Positions 37,601 to 39,508 of a stretch of 39,508 nt of DNA are shown one piece after another. A program made the position numbers and the translations under genes. The DNA is from Fibrobacterales bacterium. GTDB taxonomy: Bacteria > Fibrobacterota > Fibrobacteria > Fibrobacterales > JAOPTW01. The stretch covers positions 1 through 39,508 of the forward strand of contig JAOPTW010000085.1 in assembly GCA_051532035.1 (NCBI GenBank), given 5' to 3'. Each line of letters begins with the position of its first letter. The stretch's first letter is position 1. A model generated the notes under the pieces. It did no database searches. It worked only from the letters and a program-made list of their open reading frames with translations, and was not told the DNA's origin.

Positions 37601-39508
37601 TGTGGATTGGGGAGATGGAAAGAGTGATGCTTATACCTATAGTGGATTTAAGAAACATGTGTATACAACAGAGGGGGAATATTCTGTGAGTATATCTGGA
37701 AATTTACAAAACTTGGGAAGAGGTTGGATGTATGGCGAAGAAATACTCTCTGCTGAAAAACTAGTGATGGTAACGAGTTTCGGGGATATAGGTCTGATAG
37801 GACTACATGGGGCTTTTGCTTATACAAAAAACTTGAAAGAGGTTCCTTCTGTTCTACCGAGTTCAATCACTGACTTATCTTATCTGTTTGAATCGTCAAA
37901 AGTTGAAAACGTTACAGGATTATGTGACTGGGATGTGAGTGGGGTTACAAATATGGCGTCTATGTTTAATGATGCAAAATCTTTTAATCAAGATATTGGT
38001 AGTTGGAAAGTCGATAATGTAACTGATATGAGCAGAATGTTTAGTGAAGCAGAATCTTTTGATCAAGATATTGGTAGCTGGAACGTCGATAATGTAACTG
38101 ATATGAACAGCATGTTTAGTGGTGTAGGTTCTTTTAATCAAGATATTGGTAATTGGAAAGTCGATAGTGTAACTGATATGAACGGAATGTTTCGGAATGC
38201 AGAATCTTTTAATCAAGATATTAGAAGTTGGAACGTCGATAGTGTAACTGATATGAGCAGTATGTTTAGTGGTGCAGAATCTTTTAATCAAGATATTGGT
38301 AGCTGGAATGTCGATAATGTAACTGATATGCGTTATATGTTTGGTTGGGCAGAATCTTATAATCAGGATATTGGTGGCTGGAATGTTGAAAGTGTAAAAG
38401 ATATGGCGTGTATGTTTTGTTATGCAGAATTATTTAATCAAGATATTGGAAGTTGGAAAGTAGATAACGTAACCGATATGAGTAGTATGTTTAGTGGTAC
38501 AGAATTATTTAATCAAGATATTGGAAGTTGGAGCGTCGATAACGTAACCGATATGAGCCGTATGTTTGGTAATGTAAAATCTTTTAATCAAGATATTGGA
38601 AGTTGGAACGTCGATAACGTAACCGATATGAGCAGTATGTTTTATGGTGCAGATATTTTTAATCAGGATATTGGCAGTTGGAACGTAGATAATGTAACCG
38701 ATATGGAATATATGTTTGGTAATGCCAAATCTTTTAATCAAGATATTGGCAGTTGGAACGTCGATAACGTAACTGATATGAGCAGTATGTTTTATGGTGC
38801 AGATATTTTTAATCAAGATATTGGAAGTTGGAACGTAGATAATGTAACCGATATGGAATATATGTTTAATGGTGCAGAATTTTTTAATCAGGATGTCAGT
38901 AGCTGGAACGTAAGTAAGGTTACTAATATGAATTATATGTTTGGAGGGGATTTGTTTTCAACTAAAAACTACAATGCACTCCTTATTAAATGGTCTTTAC
39001 TGGATCTGGTAGATGGGGTGCATTTGGGTGCAGGATATAGAAAATATAGTCCTGGTGTAGCTGCATCAGCCCGTCAAAAAATTATTACTGACCATGGATG
39101 GAGAATAGATGACTTTGGCGAGAAGGATGCTGATTTCTATTTTAATAATCTAGTATGGTCAAGGACCGTTAAAAATAACTACATGGAGATAGAGTTCTTT
39201 GATTTAAAAACAGGTATAGTAGATGACTATGATCGACCACTATCATTCTCTGTCCATACAAATCGAAATATTGCTATTGCCACAATTAGGCAGTCAGATT
39301 CTGTTGTTGTAATCAACACCCAAACCGGATTATTAGGGTTGGATACTATTACAATTTCAGCGACTAACGGGTATCGTACTGTGACAGAAACTACCTTGAT
39401 TCGAGTAATTGAATGGGAGGATGAGAGCTCTTCTTCAGAAAGCTCCTCCTCTGAATCCAGTAGCTCCGAATCGTCTAGTTCATCTATTAGCTCCTCTGAG
39501 TCGAGCAG
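34695..39508 (+). CDS. Giant BspA/DUF285 leucine-rich-repeat surface protein (>1600 aa, runs off window)
   Basis: ATG after GAGAGGA; MRFNVTTIIGLLLFFHSWSFA signal; three modules starting PMVL.FNT...VDWGDG (34764, 36600, 37521, same frame), FNQDIG.WNV..VTDMS.MF repeats, two FN3-like units (HG.CW...TTYYVR.Y), poly-Ser at window end. Frame spot-checked; absent from the ORF track, presumably because no stop lies in the window. Confidence 0.9.
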   Translation, partial: MRFNVTTIIGLLLFFHSWSFAGEPMVLVFNTELGEGTKITLPLSGYNLDVTVDWGDGSISNVNKDYSWGCPHWYSVEGTYTVKITGEMNRYGKSNHYGENREKLVKVVSFGEIDRLNSLSYAFQGAVNLEEVPAYLPEAINDLSRSFQGIQNESITNLELWDVSNVRDFSGMFTFATHFNEDISDWKFDNALYLGSMFWGAESFNQDIGLWNVGTVKYIRNMFKGATSFNQDIGDWKLDSITDMSSMFSGASSFNQDISGWNVDSITDMSSMFSGASSFNQDIGGWNVDSITDMSGMFSGASSFNQDISGWVVGSVTDMSSMFSGASSFNQDISGWVVGNITDMSTMFSKASSFNQDISGWVVDNVTDMSSMFSGASSFNQDIGGWNVDSITDMNYMFSGASSFNQDIGGWNVDSVTNMKFMFYRASSFNQNISEWNVENVTNMFAMFANATSFNQSLGSWNVSNVSDFGSVLSSSGLTVQNYNDILVKWSALDLVDGLSFNLYNIGYSSGDAAIARQAIIDNNSWTIYDAGVTDQALIQTGALHTITEYSAVIEGEVIHLGGTNPTQHGMCWGASPQPIITDDNTEEGVVSATGTFSSTLSGLAPNTTYYVRAYITNGSGTSYGGQVTFSTLPGPMVLRFNTTLSSGTTIALPFGGLVNVAVDWGDGSGRELFTTNGEKTHTYSSEGEYVVRIYGALTQFGTGTPYAHADKLVNVSHFGDIGLTSLSGAFYGAIHLDDVPETLPSTVTDMSNMFNGAMSFDQDIGHWDVSNVTDMSGMMSNVTLSVSNYNSLLMAWGKINLADNVTFNGGNSTYSIGIVDSVRQSIIDNKSWSITDGGMATLSLVTTEVPTAFLSTSVRFNGSISHIGTQHPTQHGFCWSTSEMPIITDNNIELGAVSETGDFSYDISNLVSGTTYYVRTYVINAQGVLYGEQVSFSPLSGPMILEYNTNLSTGTVVSLYFHGVVDVTVDWGDGKSDAYTYSGFKKHVYTTEGEYSVSISGNLQNLGRGWMYGEEILSAEKLVMVTSFGDIGLIGLHGAFAYTKNLKEVPSVLPSSITDLSYLFESSKVENVTGLCDWDVSGVTNMASMFNDAKSFNQDIGSWKVDNVTDMSRMFSEAESFDQDIGSWNVDNVTDMNSMFSGVGSFNQDIGNWKVDSVTDMNGMFRNAESFNQDIRSWNVDSVTDMSSMFSGAESFNQDIGSWNVDNVTDMRYMFGWAESYNQDIGGWNVESVKDMACMFCYAELFNQDIGSWKVDNVTDMSSMFSGTELFNQDIGSWSVDNVTDMSRMFGNVKSFNQDIGSWNVDNVTDMSSMFYGADIFNQDIGSWNVDNVTDMEYMFGNAKSFNQDIGSWNVDNVTDMSSMFYGADIFNQDIGSWNVDNVTDMEYMFNGAEFFNQDVSSWNVSKVTNMNYMFGGDLFSTKNYNALLIKWSLLDLVDGVHLGAGYRKYSPGVAASARQKIITDHGWRIDDFGEKDADFYFNNLVWSRTVKNNYMEIEFFDLKTGIVDDYDRPLSFSVHTNRNIAIATIRQSDSVVVINTQTGLLGLDTITISATNGYRTVTETTLIRVIEWEDESSSSESSSSESSSSESSSSSISSSESS
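35229..36090 (+). repeat. 75-bp coding tandem repeats (~12 units, 25-aa DUF285)
   Basis: TTTAATCA(A/G)GATATT recurs every 75 bp; units ~35400-35980 are near-identical. Confidence 0.92.
37930..38945 (+). repeat. 75-bp coding tandem repeats (~13 units) including a 150-bp higher-order duplication
   Basis: FNQDI codons every 75 bp from 37983 to 38883; 38581-38730 is nearly identical to 38731-38880. Confidence 0.92.

Noticed and set aside
9754..38816. Long antisense ORFs (e.g. 9754-10449, 23233-24063, 37920-38291, 38505-38816)
   Set aside because: Shadows of well-supported genes on the opposite strand, favoured by biased codon usage or repeats; no motifs.
35229..38945. 75-bp repeats as a CRISPR array
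   Set aside because: In-frame coding 25-aa DUF285 repeats with no unique spacers and no cas genes.

Overview
AT-rich bacterial window. Three FISUMP ('Fibrobacter succinogenes major paralogous') domains and Ser-rich linkers suggest a Fibrobacterota-like host (inference). Left end (1-6.2 kb): end of a Crp/Fnr regulator, DoxX-pirin operon, an astacin-like lipoprotein whose catalytic Glu is replaced (HVLGH), a CBM32/F5-8C-FISUMP protein and a hypothetical gene next to a degenerate 21-bp periodic array. Middle (6.9-25.1 kb): a defence island with a PD-(D/E)XK nuclease, a STAS-like/HATPase gene, an NDT/TIR-like protein fused to a PcrA/UvrD-type Tudor domain, and a broken type I R-M locus. In that locus the hsdM 3' part, hsdS and the hsdR 5' part are replaced by an 11.9-kb cassette (DUF262-DUF1524, SNF2-DUF3883, DUF1156 methyltransferase, HEPN-DUF499 ATPase). 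Right (25.1-39.5 kb): the 3' end of hsdR recurs twice more as 5'-truncated mosaic copies, each followed by different envelope/surface cargo (FISUMP lipoprotein; LpxR-like, orphan, DUF5122 propeller, M50 protease; giant BspA/DUF285 protein running off the window). Scaffold genes become G/T-rich as they approach a cassette and A/C-rich as they leave one. No integrase, transposase, reverse transcriptase, CRISPR array or RNA gene was recognised. All family calls come from motif recognition, not database searches.
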